A stretch of 64,000 bases of DNA from a virus (taxonomy: Duplodnaviria > Caudoviricetes), in IMG/VR virus record IMGVR_UViG_2687453464_000002, positions 15,088 to 79,087 of that record; one strand, 5' to 3'. The notes under the pieces are model-generated. The model saw only the letters and a list, made by a program, of their open reading frames with translations, had not been told where the DNA came from and made no database searches. Below, piece after piece: positions 30,867 to 41,237 of this stretch; within the stretch, counting starts at the first letter, position 1; every line of letters begins with the position of its first letter. Made by a program: the position numbers and the translations under genes.

Positions 30867-30923
30867 GGTATTGCTCCAATAAAAAAGCGGCACAAAGGCC
30901 GCTTAATGGTTGTTGAGTGGGGA

Positions 30924-31430
30924 TTAGATGCGGATTTTGCTGCGCAGGCCGCCCAGCTGATCCACGCCGTTCACACGGCGGATAAAACGCTCGGTGTCGA
31001 TTTCAAACAGCTCCATACCGTCGCGCGTCTGCTTGTAATAGCTCATCGCAATCTCAACCGTGATCGCCGTTTCCCCCATGTTTTCATTGCCCCGCGCATC
31101 CGGCGTGACCTTTGAGACGAACCCTTCAATCTCTTCGATCGTGCCGACTGCCCGGCCGTTACTCAGATAGCCCTGATACGCCATAAAGCGCGGGCGGCTA
31201 CCGGAGATAAAGCCAAATCGGCTCAACACGTCGGTATCAATGCCCCAGAACTTGATAGAGCACGTCAGCGCCTCCATGCCATCATCCAGCGGGGTCGGTG
31301 CATCCTGGGCACCGGTGCGCAGCTGGGTGGTGACAATGGACAGCTCCGGCGGCGTAAACTCATGCGCGCCGGTAACACGGAAGCCGCCGGCAAAAATGGT
31401 CCATGCCCGTAACGTATTTTTTTCGCTCAT
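30924..31430 (-). CDS. major tail tube protein
   Basis: FTPPEL, DDGMEAL, VNGVDQL. Confidence 0.9.
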   Translation of the reverse strand: MSEKNTLRAWTIFAGGFRVTGAHEFTPPELSIVTTQLRTGAQDAPTPLDDGMEALTCSIKFWGIDTDVLSRFGFISGSRPRFMAYQGYLSNGRAVGTIEEIEGFVSKVTPDARGNENMGETAITVEIAMSYYKQTRDGMELFEIDTERFIRRVNGVDQLGGLRSKIRI

Positions 31431-32953
31431 TGTGCGGTCATCTCCTCAACGGCGTAATCATTATTGATGCGCACACGCATGGTGATGCGCTCTGTCGGCG
31501 ACTTCGGCCCGAAGTCATAGTTGATATACAGCACACCAGCGGCCAGGGATTCCGCCGTGTTCAGTTCTTCGTCCAGCCACGCAGTACCGCCAAAGATGGC
31601 ACCCAGGCCAACAAGCTGGCGCAGGTATGCGTTCACTGTGCCGAGAATGTCATCAGCCGTCTCTTTATCAAGCGGTCGGTCGTTATAAATCATGACCGTG
31701 TTCTGGATACTGTCTTCGATAACGTCTGCAGTGCGGCGGACCGACTCGAAACGCCACTGGGGGTGATCGATGCACAGGCGGTTGCCCCAATGCTTGTACC
31801 CCGTGCGGCGGATGATGGTGCTGACGTTCTGCATGTTCAGCAGGTTTGCTTCACAGTTCGGATCGCCGAGAATAAACTCGTCAACCTGCTCAAGGCCGAG
31901 AATGCTGTTGATGTCCTGATTGGACTTGCTCCACCACCAGCCTTTCTCCAGATCGATGCGCGCCCGCAGGCCAGCCGCAAAGGCGGAATACGGCCGGAAC
32001 TCCAGCTCGCCGCTGGCATTCACTTTTTGCACCCGAGGCCGCAGCAGTTCGACGCGACCACCGTACATCTGCCGGCGCTGCACTACTTCCGGCAACGTTG
32101 CCATCGAGGCGCAGTCCAAATAAGCCACGGCGCGGAGTTTTTCGGCTGCCGTTTCCAGCCCTTTGCCGATACCGTCATCTTCACTGAACCCCGGCGCAAT
32201 CAAGATGCGAGGGCGATAACCGTTGACCGATTCACTGGATGACCAGGCGTTGATCCCCGCCAGGATATTCGCGCGGATATCGATATTGAAAATCTGATCA
32301 GACAGCAGGCGCTGTTCATCCTCGGCGGTGATCGGCTCTTTTTCTTCGGTGGAGACGGTGACCGGCTGTTCATTATCTTCAACGCGCACAATGACGATCA
32401 GCGCGTTGGTCTGGTCGGCAATCTCCTGCACGGCCGGCGGGATAGTTCCTGCACTGCCCAGCGCCCGCATCTGCGTACCACCAACAACGGCTACCGGTGT
32501 GTTGAGTGGAAAGGGTTCATCCTGCCCGCCGGACAGCACCACGCTAAACGGGCTGACCTTCCCGGTGTCGGCGCCTGGCAATACGGTGACCAGGCTGTCA
32601 GTCAGTGCCAGAACCGCGTCGGACACCTCTTGCGCGGTGGCGGTGAGTTTGCCGTCAGCATCGCTGGCCAGCAGAATTTCCAGCACGCCTCGCGCATAGG
32701 TAGCACTGGTTTTTCCGCCGGCCGGCGCTACAACAGCGGTCACGCGGAGCTGGTTACCCGCCCGCCCCGGCTGCGAGGCCGTAAACGTCAGCTCATTATC
32801 CAGCAGCGCAGTCCCGGTGACGGCCTGCGCCTTGGTTCCCGGCGATGCGTCCGGGGCTGTACCCACCAGGCCGATAACCGCAGTCTGGATCGTGGTAACG
32901 GCAACCGTCCCACTTGTCAGTTCAATTGTTTCTACGCCGTGCAATTCGGCCAT
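31427..32953 (-). CDS. tail sheath protein (508 aa, with insertions)
   Basis: LHGVETIE, PRILIAPGF, GWWWSKSN, FESVRRTADVI. Confidence 0.93.
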   Translation of the reverse strand: MAELHGVETIELTSGTVAVTTIQTAVIGLVGTAPDASPGTKAQAVTGTALLDNELTFTASQPGRAGNQLRVTAVVAPAGGKTSATYARGVLEILLASDADGKLTATAQEVSDAVLALTDSLVTVLPGADTGKVSPFSVVLSGGQDEPFPLNTPVAVVGGTQMRALGSAGTIPPAVQEIADQTNALIVIVRVEDNEQPVTVSTEEKEPITAEDEQRLLSDQIFNIDIRANILAGINAWSSSESVNGYRPRILIAPGFSEDDGIGKGLETAAEKLRAVAYLDCASMATLPEVVQRRQMYGGRVELLRPRVQKVNASGELEFRPYSAFAAGLRARIDLEKGWWWSKSNQDINSILGLEQVDEFILGDPNCEANLLNMQNVSTIIRRTGYKHWGNRLCIDHPQWRFESVRRTADVIEDSIQNTVMIYNDRPLDKETADDILGTVNAYLRQLVGLGAIFGGTAWLDEELNTAESLAAGVLYINYDFGPKSPTERITMRVRINNDYAVEEMTAQ

Positions 32954-32992
32954 AGTATCCTCCAGGCATAAAAAAACCCGCTCGATGGCGGG

Positions 32993-33574
32993 TCATTGTT
33001 TAATTGGGGTTGGTCGGGTTGGCCAGGAGATATCCGGCGCCTGATTAACATCGATGCGGCTTAGCGCCAACCGGTATTTTTTCCACTCTGTCAGTGATTC
33101 CTGCTCAGCGTCTGTCGCGTCGCCGAACTCTACCGCGTCCTGCAGCGGTGCAATGGCTTCAGCGGCTTCAGCGCTACGTTGCGCCAGTTCATTCTTTGCA
33201 ATTTGAAGCTGCTCGCTCTGCGCCTTGGCTTCGTCCGTTACCCATTTCTCACCGTCCCACGTGTCATACGGTGTGTTCGGCGGCGTAAACGTACAACCGT
33301 CAGGCAAAGGGCCGACCTCAAACATGATGTGTTTATTCGCCTGAGCATCCCAGTACGGTGAGCCTCGGTAATCATTAACATACTGCCATTGCCCATCATT
33401 CCAGACGCCAGCCTGGCCGGTTTTCGGAGCGCACTTCGTTGTCGTGCAGTTGGCTGGTAATCCGGTGTGTGGCGCGACATAAAAATTCAGGGTGCCAGTA
33501 AAAACGTTATTTTCATCGAAATTGTAAATCCACAACCAGCGCGGCTGGGCAGAAAACTCAAAGTCTGTGCTCAT
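32993..33574 (-). CDS. tail fibre assembly protein (Tfa)
   Basis: TGLPAN, IAPLQDAV, WKKYRLALSRID, ISWP. Confidence 0.92.
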   Translation of the reverse strand: MSTDFEFSAQPRWLWIYNFDENNVFTGTLNFYVAPHTGLPANCTTTKCAPKTGQAGVWNDGQWQYVNDYRGSPYWDAQANKHIMFEVGPLPDGCTFTPPNTPYDTWDGEKWVTDEAKAQSEQLQIAKNELAQRSAEAAEAIAPLQDAVEFGDATDAEQESLTEWKKYRLALSRIDVNQAPDISWPTRPTPIKQ

Positions 33575-34719
33575 TATGCAAGCCTCACGATATAGTTAAA
33601 TGCAATGTTTTTGACGGTGGTTTCCGGGTTGCCGTCCGGGTTTATGCGACCGCCGTGGCTGTGCCAACCTATCGGGACATCGTGCGTATGAGACGGCAGA
33701 GGTTCAATCAAGCCAAAGTCAGCGAAACCTCTTTCCTGGTCAATGCTGTGGCGTGAACTTTCTCCGCCGTCCAGAGAGGTGTTAGAGCGGTATGAGCGTA
33801 ATTTCAGCTGATAAGCGCCGCCCGGCGTAGTCTGCCTGGTGCCCAGGTCAGTGCCATCAATCTCCAGTCCATGCCCGTGATATTTGTTGCCGTCGGCCTC
33901 AAAGGTCAGCAGCTCGCGACCGTCCGGTTTGCCCTTAATCGTATTACCGCGCATATCCGGCAACACGCCGGACGGATAGGCTTGCGCAAGGCGCGGGTAA
34001 ATGGCCTTATCAAATCCCTGGCCTAACATGAATGCATAACCGGGGGGAGGTGAGCTTAACGGCCAGGAGATTGGCGCCCCTACAGGCATCAACGGGGCTG
34101 AACCGACATAAACGTCATCATTGACCGTCAACGATCCAATTTGTGCCGTTTTGGCAATGGATAGCGTGTTTGCGCCAAGTGCTCCACCGATACTCACTTC
34201 GCCATCGACAGCAATATTATTTTGGACATGTAATTTTCCGGACATAACGTCACCGGATTGTTTCACATATCGCTTATCTGCCTCTGAAATGGTTAACGCG
34301 GAGACATTGGGATCGACCTCAATCACCACGCTCTCAGCATGCGTCAGTGTCATCACGAAGTTAATGATGATCTCTTTCATCACCGGCGCACCGTCCGCCG
34401 GCAATACCGTGTCCGGGTAATCACCGTACGCCACCAGCACACCGTCGGCACTGACCAGCCCTACTTCTCGCAGAACTTTGCCGGGATACTTCCTCGCTTC
34501 GATAACGGTCTGACCGCTAATCATTCCTTCCGTTGATGCCCCGCCGGTAAAGGGCGCATCGCCGAACTTGTTCACCAATGCCGTCGCGCCGGGATTCGGG
34601 GTTATTGGTTTACCGCCACCGTCACCAAACGCCGCCAGCGTAATTTTTATGACGGTTCCCGCCTGGTAAGCGGCCTCGATCGCCGCCGCGCCGGCAGTCG
34701 TCAGAATAAGACCACTCAT
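33574..34719 (-). CDS. tail fibre with collar domain
   Basis: GDGGG N-terminus, PVGAPISWP...LPDMRG collar, [16 protein letters not shown] tip. Confidence 0.92.
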   Translation of the reverse strand: MSGLILTTAGAAAIEAAYQAGTVIKITLAAFGDGGGKPITPNPGATALVNKFGDAPFTGGASTEGMISGQTVIEARKYPGKVLREVGLVSADGVLVAYGDYPDTVLPADGAPVMKEIIINFVMTLTHAESVVIEVDPNVSALTISEADKRYVKQSGDVMSGKLHVQNNIAVDGEVSIGGALGANTLSIAKTAQIGSLTVNDDVYVGSAPLMPVGAPISWPLSSPPPGYAFMLGQGFDKAIYPRLAQAYPSGVLPDMRGNTIKGKPDGRELLTFEADGNKYHGHGLEIDGTDLGTRQTTPGGAYQLKLRSYRSNTSLDGGESSRHSIDQERGFADFGLIEPLPSHTHDVPIGWHSHGGRINPDGNPETTVKNIAFNYIVRLA

Positions 34720-34723
34720 TAAG

Positions 34724-35260
34724 TTAACTCCCGTAACTGGTTATCTCGGACGTCACCATGTAGGAGGCCGAGTATGCGGTGCCTTGTGTGGCATTTTGAA
34801 AGGACATGTCGAACCACGAACGCAGGTTTTTACTGCGCATCACCGCGTTCTTAAAATCCTGAATATGCTGCTCGTTCACCGGTTTCCCGGCTTGCTCAAC
34901 CACCAGCGAAAACGTGTACGGCTCCCCGCGCGGCGTCTGTTCAAACCACTCGGTTAACTGGTAGGTGAAGGGCAGACCTTCCAGCGCCGTCTCTATCGCA
35001 CCACGCGTCCCCCGGTGTCGGTGAATATAGGTAGCGCTCCGTATGGCTGCGCGCTTTTGTTCCTCGCTCCACTCAGGCAACCAGGTATCTACGCTGTATT
35101 CCCATGCCAGCCATGGGAGCAGCTCCGCCGGGCACGTGTCGGGGTTCTTTACGGCGCGGATGAGGTCGGGGATCGACAGCACCTCTGTCGTGGTTGCCTC
35201 TTCCAGCGCCCGCTCGGCGGGCAGCGCATTAGGCGGCAATAACGTTTTATGCATCGACAT
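34724..35260 (-). CDS. tail protein I-like
   Basis: [26 protein letters not shown]. Confidence 0.92.
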   Translation of the reverse strand: MSMHKTLLPPNALPAERALEEATTTEVLSIPDLIRAVKNPDTCPAELLPWLAWEYSVDTWLPEWSEEQKRAAIRSATYIHRHRGTRGAIETALEGLPFTYQLTEWFEQTPRGEPYTFSLVVEQAGKPVNEQHIQDFKNAVMRSKNLRSWFDMSFQNATQGTAYSASYMVTSEITSYGS

Positions 35261-36164
35261 TGACGATCACCTTTTTCAGCGTGATTTCCGTGCAAAGCGG
35301 CGCCTGACCGATATCCATCAGCAGATCATCGACCGGCGAGGCCAGCTTAACCGTGACCACACCCGGCTGATGCAGCGCCCGGTCAATCCCCGAACGTGAT
35401 ACGCGGCTGCCGATCCGGTGTGTCTGTTCGAGGTAGGTTTCCAGCGCCCGCCGTGATGCACTCATCACCGTGTCGATATCCGGGCCGGAGGGGATGTAGA
35501 TATCTGCCGTTACCACGAACTTCACCATTGCCGCCGGCTTCACGGTGACAAAGTCGGTCATGGGCCGGACGTCCTTCGCATTAACGGCCTGATTGACCTT
35601 TTCCAACACCTCCGCCGTGGGGATACCGTCGTTATCACGGGAAAGCACGTAAATATCTACCTCGCCGCGCCGGCCATGATCCAGCGGCCCATAAGCGCGA
35701 ACATCCAGAATAGAGGGGTCTGCAGAAGCGGCAAAGAAGGTATAGGCGTTCTCGGCGCCGGCGGTGCTGAGTCGTGACCAGGCCAACTGGATGCGCGTGC
35801 GAAACGCGTCATCATCTTCATAAACCGGCTCAACCGGCGGCACTGCATTCGGATCGCCCGGATTTATCAGCAACCGCGCCACGTCAAAGTTTGCGCCAAT
35901 CTGGTCAAGGTCAGCGCCTTTTGCGCTGGCCAACAGCACGGCGCGGATGGAGTCATTCATCGCCACGCGTAACAGCGTGGAGTGATAGGCCAGAACTTCA
36001 CCCTGTTTGTACACCGGATCGGAAGGCAGCAGCGCATCATAGACCGGGTCCAGCCCGCGCAGACGGTTTAACCACCCTTCAAAAATCAGGCCGGCGTCCG
36101 GGACTTTCACCGCATCCGGCACCGGCAGCTCGGAAAGGTTAATTGTTGCTGAATTCGTCGCCAT
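35247..36164 (-). CDS. baseplate J-like protein
   Basis: LSTAGAENAY, VRPMTDFV. Confidence 0.92.
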   Translation of the reverse strand: MATNSATINLSELPVPDAVKVPDAGLIFEGWLNRLRGLDPVYDALLPSDPVYKQGEVLAYHSTLLRVAMNDSIRAVLLASAKGADLDQIGANFDVARLLINPGDPNAVPPVEPVYEDDDAFRTRIQLAWSRLSTAGAENAYTFFAASADPSILDVRAYGPLDHGRRGEVDIYVLSRDNDGIPTAEVLEKVNQAVNAKDVRPMTDFVTVKPAAMVKFVVTADIYIPSGPDIDTVMSASRRALETYLEQTHRIGSRVSRSGIDRALHQPGVVTVKLASPVDDLLMDIGQAPLCTEITLKKVIVNVDA

Positions 36165-36498
36165 TAATGCTTATCTCCGTCAACGTGATCGGCTGGCTGC
36201 TCTCTATGTCCGTGCCAACGATGGTGAGGTCAAAATGACCGTGGGTAACAAACGCCACCTGTACCGATGACACACGAATGCGTGGCTCCCAGCGAGCCAG
36301 GGCGCCGGCCGTCGCCGCAATAATACGGACGCGGTTGCTTTCGTCCTGCGGGTTATCGACCAGATCAACCAGCTCGCTCCCGTAGTCACGGCGCAGCACA
36401 CGCGAGCCGATCGGCGTGGTGAGTATGTCAATGACGGATTGCCGTAAATGCTCAGTGCCGGAGAGCCGCTTGCCGTTGCCGGCATTAACACCGTGCAT
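36139..36498 (-). CDS. baseplate W-like (GPW/gp25) protein
   Basis: HLRQSVIDILTTPIGSR, RWEPRI. Confidence 0.92.
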   Translation of the reverse strand: MHGVNAGNGKRLSGTEHLRQSVIDILTTPIGSRVLRRDYGSELVDLVDNPQDESNRVRIIAATAGALARWEPRIRVSSVQVAFVTHGHFDLTIVGTDIESSQPITLTEISINGDEFSNN

Positions 36499-36535
36499 GA
36501 TTACCCCCATAATAAAAAACCCGCACAATCGCGGG

Positions 36536-37156
36536 TCACATCTTGCTGTTTGGCTCGCCTGTCGTGCCGCCGCTGTCTCCTGGGTGAGCGTGGTTGTTAT
36601 AAACCTCCCTCACCCGATCCAGCGTGCTCTTGCCATCCGATATCTGGCCGCTGACGGACAAGTCCCCGTTAATGCCGGTGTTGGCATTGATCTGCGTTAT
36701 ACCCTGAACCGTCAGAGTGTCGGTGATCTCCACCGGGCCGCGAAGCGTCCCCTTACCCTCAATCTCATACGTGCCGCCCTCGGCAATAATGATTTTCAGG
36801 GCATGGGCATCGCGGTCATAACGGATTTCCGTGCCGTCACTGTATCGGGTGACATGCTCGCTCTCGCTCCCGTCCGGGACCGGCATTTTCCCCGTGTTCC
36901 AGCCGGGGAACACCCGGCCGTTATTCAGGTCGCCGGCTTCGCTGATGACGGTAACGGCATCCCCTACGGCAATCGGGTTAGAGTCAGCCCTGTTGGCGCT
37001 GGATGACGGCTGGCAGACCGGCAACCAGGTCGTGGTAATGTCGCCTATCTCTACCCGGCATTGCGGCTGCGGGCCGTGCTTAACTGCCTGAACGACGCCA
37101 CGGCGGATCATGTTGGCCACGCGCCGGGCAAGGTCCCCCATATCCTGTGACATCAT
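36536..37156 (-). CDS. baseplate spike V-like protein
   Basis: ANMIRRG, TTWLP, YNNHAH. Confidence 0.92.
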   Translation of the reverse strand: MMSQDMGDLARRVANMIRRGVVQAVKHGPQPQCRVEIGDITTTWLPVCQPSSSANRADSNPIAVGDAVTVISEAGDLNNGRVFPGWNTGKMPVPDGSESEHVTRYSDGTEIRYDRDAHALKIIIAEGGTYEIEGKGTLRGPVEITDTLTVQGITQINANTGINGDLSVSGQISDGKSTLDRVREVYNNHAHPGDSGGTTGEPNSKM

Positions 37157-37692
37157 TCCTCCTTGCGCTTGTAGATAAGCCGGTAATCATTAATGTGCGC
37201 AGCACCAATTTCCGGCGCCGCACCCAGCCAGACCTCACGCAGCGGACCGGCAACAGATTCGAACGGGTCTTCCCCCATGGCTGCAGACTGGCTATACGTG
37301 ATGCGCCAGACGATATAATCATCCATTGCAGGATCGAAGCTGTCCGGCCCCGCGCTGATAAACGCAGCTGGCTGCAGCCCTTCAAGCCCGAAGGTTTGTC
37401 CGTTGATCCACTGGCTGATATCCGCCGCCGCCGAGCGGGCGTAAATTTGGGGTTTATCGATGGTGTTGCTGGCCTTGTCGATCACCACAAACAAATCACA
37501 TTCAAACTCAACATTGAGCTGCCCGTCACTGCTCGGCGACTGTTCCCAGCCCATGATCGAAAAGAACACGGCCGGCGTGGTGATCTGCGTTGCCTGTTCC
37601 GGGTAGTCGTCGGCATTGTTTACCCACGACAACGACCGCAGCGCCTCAATGACCGCGTCGTGATAGGTCGGCATTAAAATAGGCTTGGCCAC
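37153..37692 (-). CDS. putative tail terminator/completion protein
   Basis: Synteny between neck and baseplate genes. Confidence 0.6.
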   Translation of the reverse strand: MAKPILMPTYHDAVIEALRSLSWVNNADDYPEQATQITTPAVFFSIMGWEQSPSSDGQLNVEFECDLFVVIDKASNTIDKPQIYARSAAADISQWINGQTFGLEGLQPAAFISAGPDSFDPAMDDYIVWRITYSQSAAMGEDPFESVAGPLREVWLGAAPEIGAAHINDYRLIYKRKEE

Positions 37693-38364
37693 TTACTTCC
37701 TCCAGCTGTTCACATTAACCCGCGCCTTTACCCTGCCCCGGATATCGGTTTCAAAGTGATGCAGGAATATTTCAACAACATCCGCAAGCGCGTTGTCTTC
37801 GATGTAATCCAGCATCGGCGCATAAATATCGACTTCGGCTTCGCGGGTACGCCGCGTCGCCGGGTCGCGGATCAGCACCGTCCGGCGTCCTTCTCGTTTG
37901 CTCCGTCCGACCTCGCCATTCTCAAACGTTCTGGCTGACAACAGGTTGCCGCGCGGTTCAAAACCCACAGAGTTTGCCCGCCGGCGCGACGGAGCATAGC
38001 GCCCGGTTTTCGGGTCACGGCGGGTATGATGCGGACGCATACGGCCGTTAATACGCCCCTTCAGGTCCTTGACCTTGATTGCATTCAGACCGAACCACAA
38101 GCGCCCTTCATCAAGCAGCGAGCCGCGAGAAACACGAAAGGAAAGCAGGCGCTTTCTCACCATCGCCATACTGCGCGGCGCCAGCCCATCCTTGATATCC
38201 GCCATGGCCCGTTTGCGCATGGTGGCGGCGGTTCGCTTCAATGCGCGGGAATACGCGGTCATGTACTGCTTGTGCGTTGCCCCGACGGCCAGGGCAATGT
38301 CACGCAGAACCATGGTGTCGATATCGATCGGGAGATCACGGCGTAACCGCGTAGTCCTGGCCAT
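37693..38364 (-). CDS. putative tail completion/neck protein (gpZ-like)
   Basis: Basic protein, LWFGLN motif, synteny. Confidence 0.6.
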   Translation of the reverse strand: MARTTRLRRDLPIDIDTMVLRDIALAVGATHKQYMTAYSRALKRTAATMRKRAMADIKDGLAPRSMAMVRKRLLSFRVSRGSLLDEGRLWFGLNAIKVKDLKGRINGRMRPHHTRRDPKTGRYAPSRRRANSVGFEPRGNLLSARTFENGEVGRSKREGRRTVLIRDPATRRTREAEVDIYAPMLDYIEDNALADVVEIFLHHFETDIRGRVKARVNVNSWRK

Positions 38365-38366
38365 CG

Positions 38367-38726
38367 TTACTTACTCCATTTGTTAATGGGGTCCACCTCT
38401 TTCCCAGGGACGCCTCTGGCAAGCTTCACGCGCGTTCTGCCCGCTTCATCAGCACCGATATGCGTCACCCAATAGCTGGCCCCGCCGATCAACGCCTGGC
38501 ATTTCTTTTCAAGCCCAACAATGTCAGCCGTATACACGCTGATAGCTGGCGCATGATCCTGAATTTCACCGCCGCCCTGCACCAGGGCCATATCATCCGG
38601 GCTTTCAAAAATTGCGACGACCGGACGGGCTTGCCCCTCAATGACTAAAACCACCGAGGGGTCTTCGGCGAAATAGCGGTCCACACGACGATCAGCACGC
38701 TGCATCCGTTCCGTGAACCGGTTCAT
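38367..38726 (-). CDS. head-tail joining protein
   Basis: Synteny; small beta-rich protein. Confidence 0.6.
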   Translation of the reverse strand: MNRFTERMQRADRRVDRYFAEDPSVVLVIEGQARPVVAIFESPDDMALVQGGGEIQDHAPAISVYTADIVGLEKKCQALIGGASYWVTHIGADEAGRTRVKLARGVPGKEVDPINKWSK

Positions 38727-39071
38727 TTAGAAACCCAGCCGCACCGGGGCATCTTCCTGTCCGGCCTCGCCGGCGCTCCATGCCGAACCAGCAAAAGGAA
38801 GCGCAGTTGTAGCGCCATCAGTAGCTTTCGCCGTCAGCGCACCGGAGGTGTTGAGATAAACCTTGTCACCCACCGCCCAGGTGTCATCCGCCACCTTGGG
38901 CAGTACAAACACTCCGACGGTATGCAGCACGCCCCACGCCCCTGCTGGGATATCGGCATGTGCAACACCGACAATGCCACCGACGGCTACCGGCTGACCG
39001 GACTCAATCAGTTTTGCCGACGTGTTCTCGTAATCCAGCGTGGTGCCATCCTGCTGTAAATTCTTTGCCAT
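38727..39071 (-). CDS. capsid cement/decoration protein (DUF2190-like)
   Basis: MAKNLQQDG, GVFVLPK. Confidence 0.8.
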   Translation of the reverse strand: MAKNLQQDGTTLDYENTSAKLIESGQPVAVGGIVGVAHADIPAGAWGVLHTVGVFVLPKVADDTWAVGDKVYLNTSGALTAKATDGATTALPFAGSAWSAGEAGQEDAPVRLGF

Positions 39072-39121
39072 AATGATTTTCTCCAGAAAGTAAAATGGGT
39101 GGCGACGCCACCCACGGACAT

Positions 39122-39148
39122 AAAAAAACCGCCGTTATCGGGCGGTTT
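39122..39148 (-). terminator. rho-independent terminator after capsid gene
   Basis: AAACCGCC-loop-GGCGGTTT with T run on - strand. Confidence 0.7.
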
Positions 39149-39149
39149 A

Positions 39150-41237
39150 TCAGGCTTTGCCGGTAGACTTCACCAGACCGCGCCAATCCATCGGCGCGAC
39201 GCCGGCGTCAATGCGTACCTTGAATGCCGCACCGTCAATGGTGAAGCCCTGCTGCTGTTCCAGATATGGCGTATCAATGCCATCCAGATACGCCACTTCG
39301 ATCGTGTCCTTGCCCTGTGCTGCCGTCAGATACCATGCTTCCGCGCTGTTATCATCCAGACGCGCTTCGGAGATAACTTCCACAAAGTTCTGGATCGGGT
39401 TGTTGATGCCGCTGTTGGCATCTGCGCCCGGTACGCTGGCAGAGCGGATCAGCTGATTGGCTTTCGACTCCAGCGCCACCGGCGTCAGCATATAAGCCGG
39501 ACGAATGTTAAGCTTACGCTTGCCGTTGGTCTGCAGCAGCATCGCCTGGCGGGCCTTATCCAGTCCGTCAATAGTGAGAGGCTGGTTCACCAGGTTATTG
39601 TGATCCGCACTGAACAGGGCTTTCCCGTCGCTCATTTTCTGGTTGCTGGTCAGCACCGCCCAGACCAGTTCGCCGACGGTATAACGCGCAGCGCCGCCCA
39701 TCATCGCAGGAATACGCGTCAGCATGTCCATGTCATCGTTAATGATGGTCTGGCGGTCAATGCTGAACAGTTCGCCATAGGTTGCCAGGGCGATAGGCTC
39801 CCCCTTGTCACCGACCGTAATGTATTTGTATTCCGCACCCGGCTTCACTTCACGCAACTTGTCCAGCGCGCCCAGGCCAACGCGGTGCGCGGTTTTAAAG
39901 TCGGTCAGCGTGCCTTTACGCGTCCAGCGGTCAAAGGTTTCATTCGCCTCCTCCCACCCTAACAGCGTAGATTTATGGGCCACATCCATCAGGATGTTGC
40001 CAAAGTCGGAGCTTGAATGGGTAAATGCCAGACCGACCACACCCTGACCAGACATGCCGGCTACGCCAATGCCGCGATCAACCAGCGAGGCGCGCGCCAG
40101 TTCACGCAGCGTCATCCCCTGGTAAGGGTTGTCTTTTTCCGCCTGCGCATGACCGGCACGGCTCATTACCGAGGCACGGACCGAATCACCGACCAGGTTA
40201 CCGTTGCCGGCATGGATATGCGCGGCACTGGCGCCAATGCTCGGCGTGGTGCCTTCCGCCAGCTTAGCCAGCAGGCGATCTTTCGCCATGTTCGCATCGC
40301 AGCTCATGTCGTTGATGCACTCGGTGCGCAGCGCGGCCAACTGAGGAAAACCTTCAAAGACGGCATTCACATCCGTGATGCGTGCGGTGTTGTTGGCCTG
40401 AAACGTCTGCTGCAGCTGCGCCGCCAGCGCCGCCACATCGATTTGTGGAGCCTGTGCGACCGGCGTGGATGGAGCAGGCGCCGGCTGAGAGACCGGAGCC
40501 GGGTTCTGTGGATTTTGCGCGTTAGGTGCCGAGGTCTGCGCACGTGCGCCGAAGAGGTGATTAGCTGCTTGTGGCATATTGTGATAATCCTTCAGTTTGT
40601 TTTGATTGAGCGATGCGGCTGCATCGAGTGGTTCTTCCAGCACATCAGCGAAGCCTTTAGCAACCGCCTCCGCACCATCCATCCAGGTTTCGGCCTTCAG
40701 TAACGCCGCGATTTCCTCCCGCGACAGACCGGTTTTCGACATATACGCCGCCAGCATCATCTCCTCGTTACGATCGAGGAAATTGGCATAATCGCGCATT
40801 TCATCAGAATCCCCGGCCATACCGCCCCACGGCTTGTGGATCATGATCCAGGCATTGGAGGGCATATGTACCGTGGCATTCGGCAGGCAGGCGATAACCG
40901 AAGCCATACTCGCCGCCAGGCCGTCGATATAGATATCGACCTGCCCGGTCAGCCGCTGCAGCGTGTTGTAAATGGCGAACCCGTGCATCACATCCCCGCC
41001 GGGGCTGTGGATGTGCAGCTCAACGTTTGTGGCCTCGAACACGCCGGCGTCGCGGCAGTCGTTGATAAAGGATTGCGCCGAAATACCCCAGCGGCCGATC
41101 TCTTCATAGAGATAGATTTCTACCTGCCCCGGACGGCCCAGCGCGGCACGGATTTCATACCAGGTTTCGGTATTCACCGCGTCGATACCGCTAAGACTTG
41201 CTTTCGGGGTCATCCACCCCGGATTTTTTTGTTTCAT
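39150..41237 (-). CDS. ClpP-like prohead protease / major capsid fusion
   Basis: IHSPGGDV, AASMAS, MIHKPW followed by capsid domain; start at ATG 41237. Confidence 0.93.
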   Translation of the reverse strand: MKQKNPGWMTPKASLSGIDAVNTETWYEIRAALGRPGQVEIYLYEEIGRWGISAQSFINDCRDAGVFEATNVELHIHSPGGDVMHGFAIYNTLQRLTGQVDIYIDGLAASMASVIACLPNATVHMPSNAWIMIHKPWGGMAGDSDEMRDYANFLDRNEEMMLAAYMSKTGLSREEIAALLKAETWMDGAEAVAKGFADVLEEPLDAAASLNQNKLKDYHNMPQAANHLFGARAQTSAPNAQNPQNPAPVSQPAPAPSTPVAQAPQIDVAALAAQLQQTFQANNTARITDVNAVFEGFPQLAALRTECINDMSCDANMAKDRLLAKLAEGTTPSIGASAAHIHAGNGNLVGDSVRASVMSRAGHAQAEKDNPYQGMTLRELARASLVDRGIGVAGMSGQGVVGLAFTHSSSDFGNILMDVAHKSTLLGWEEANETFDRWTRKGTLTDFKTAHRVGLGALDKLREVKPGAEYKYITVGDKGEPIALATYGELFSIDRQTIINDDMDMLTRIPAMMGGAARYTVGELVWAVLTSNQKMSDGKALFSADHNNLVNQPLTIDGLDKARQAMLLQTNGKRKLNIRPAYMLTPVALESKANQLIRSASVPGADANSGINNPIQNFVEVISEARLDDNSAEAWYLTAAQGKDTIEVAYLDGIDTPYLEQQQGFTIDGAAFKVRIDAGVAPMDWRGLVKSTGKA

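Noticed and set aside
37991-37998. GGAGCATA match to the sRNA seed
   Set aside because: Lies on the non-coding strand of a tail gene and is only 8 nt; chance match
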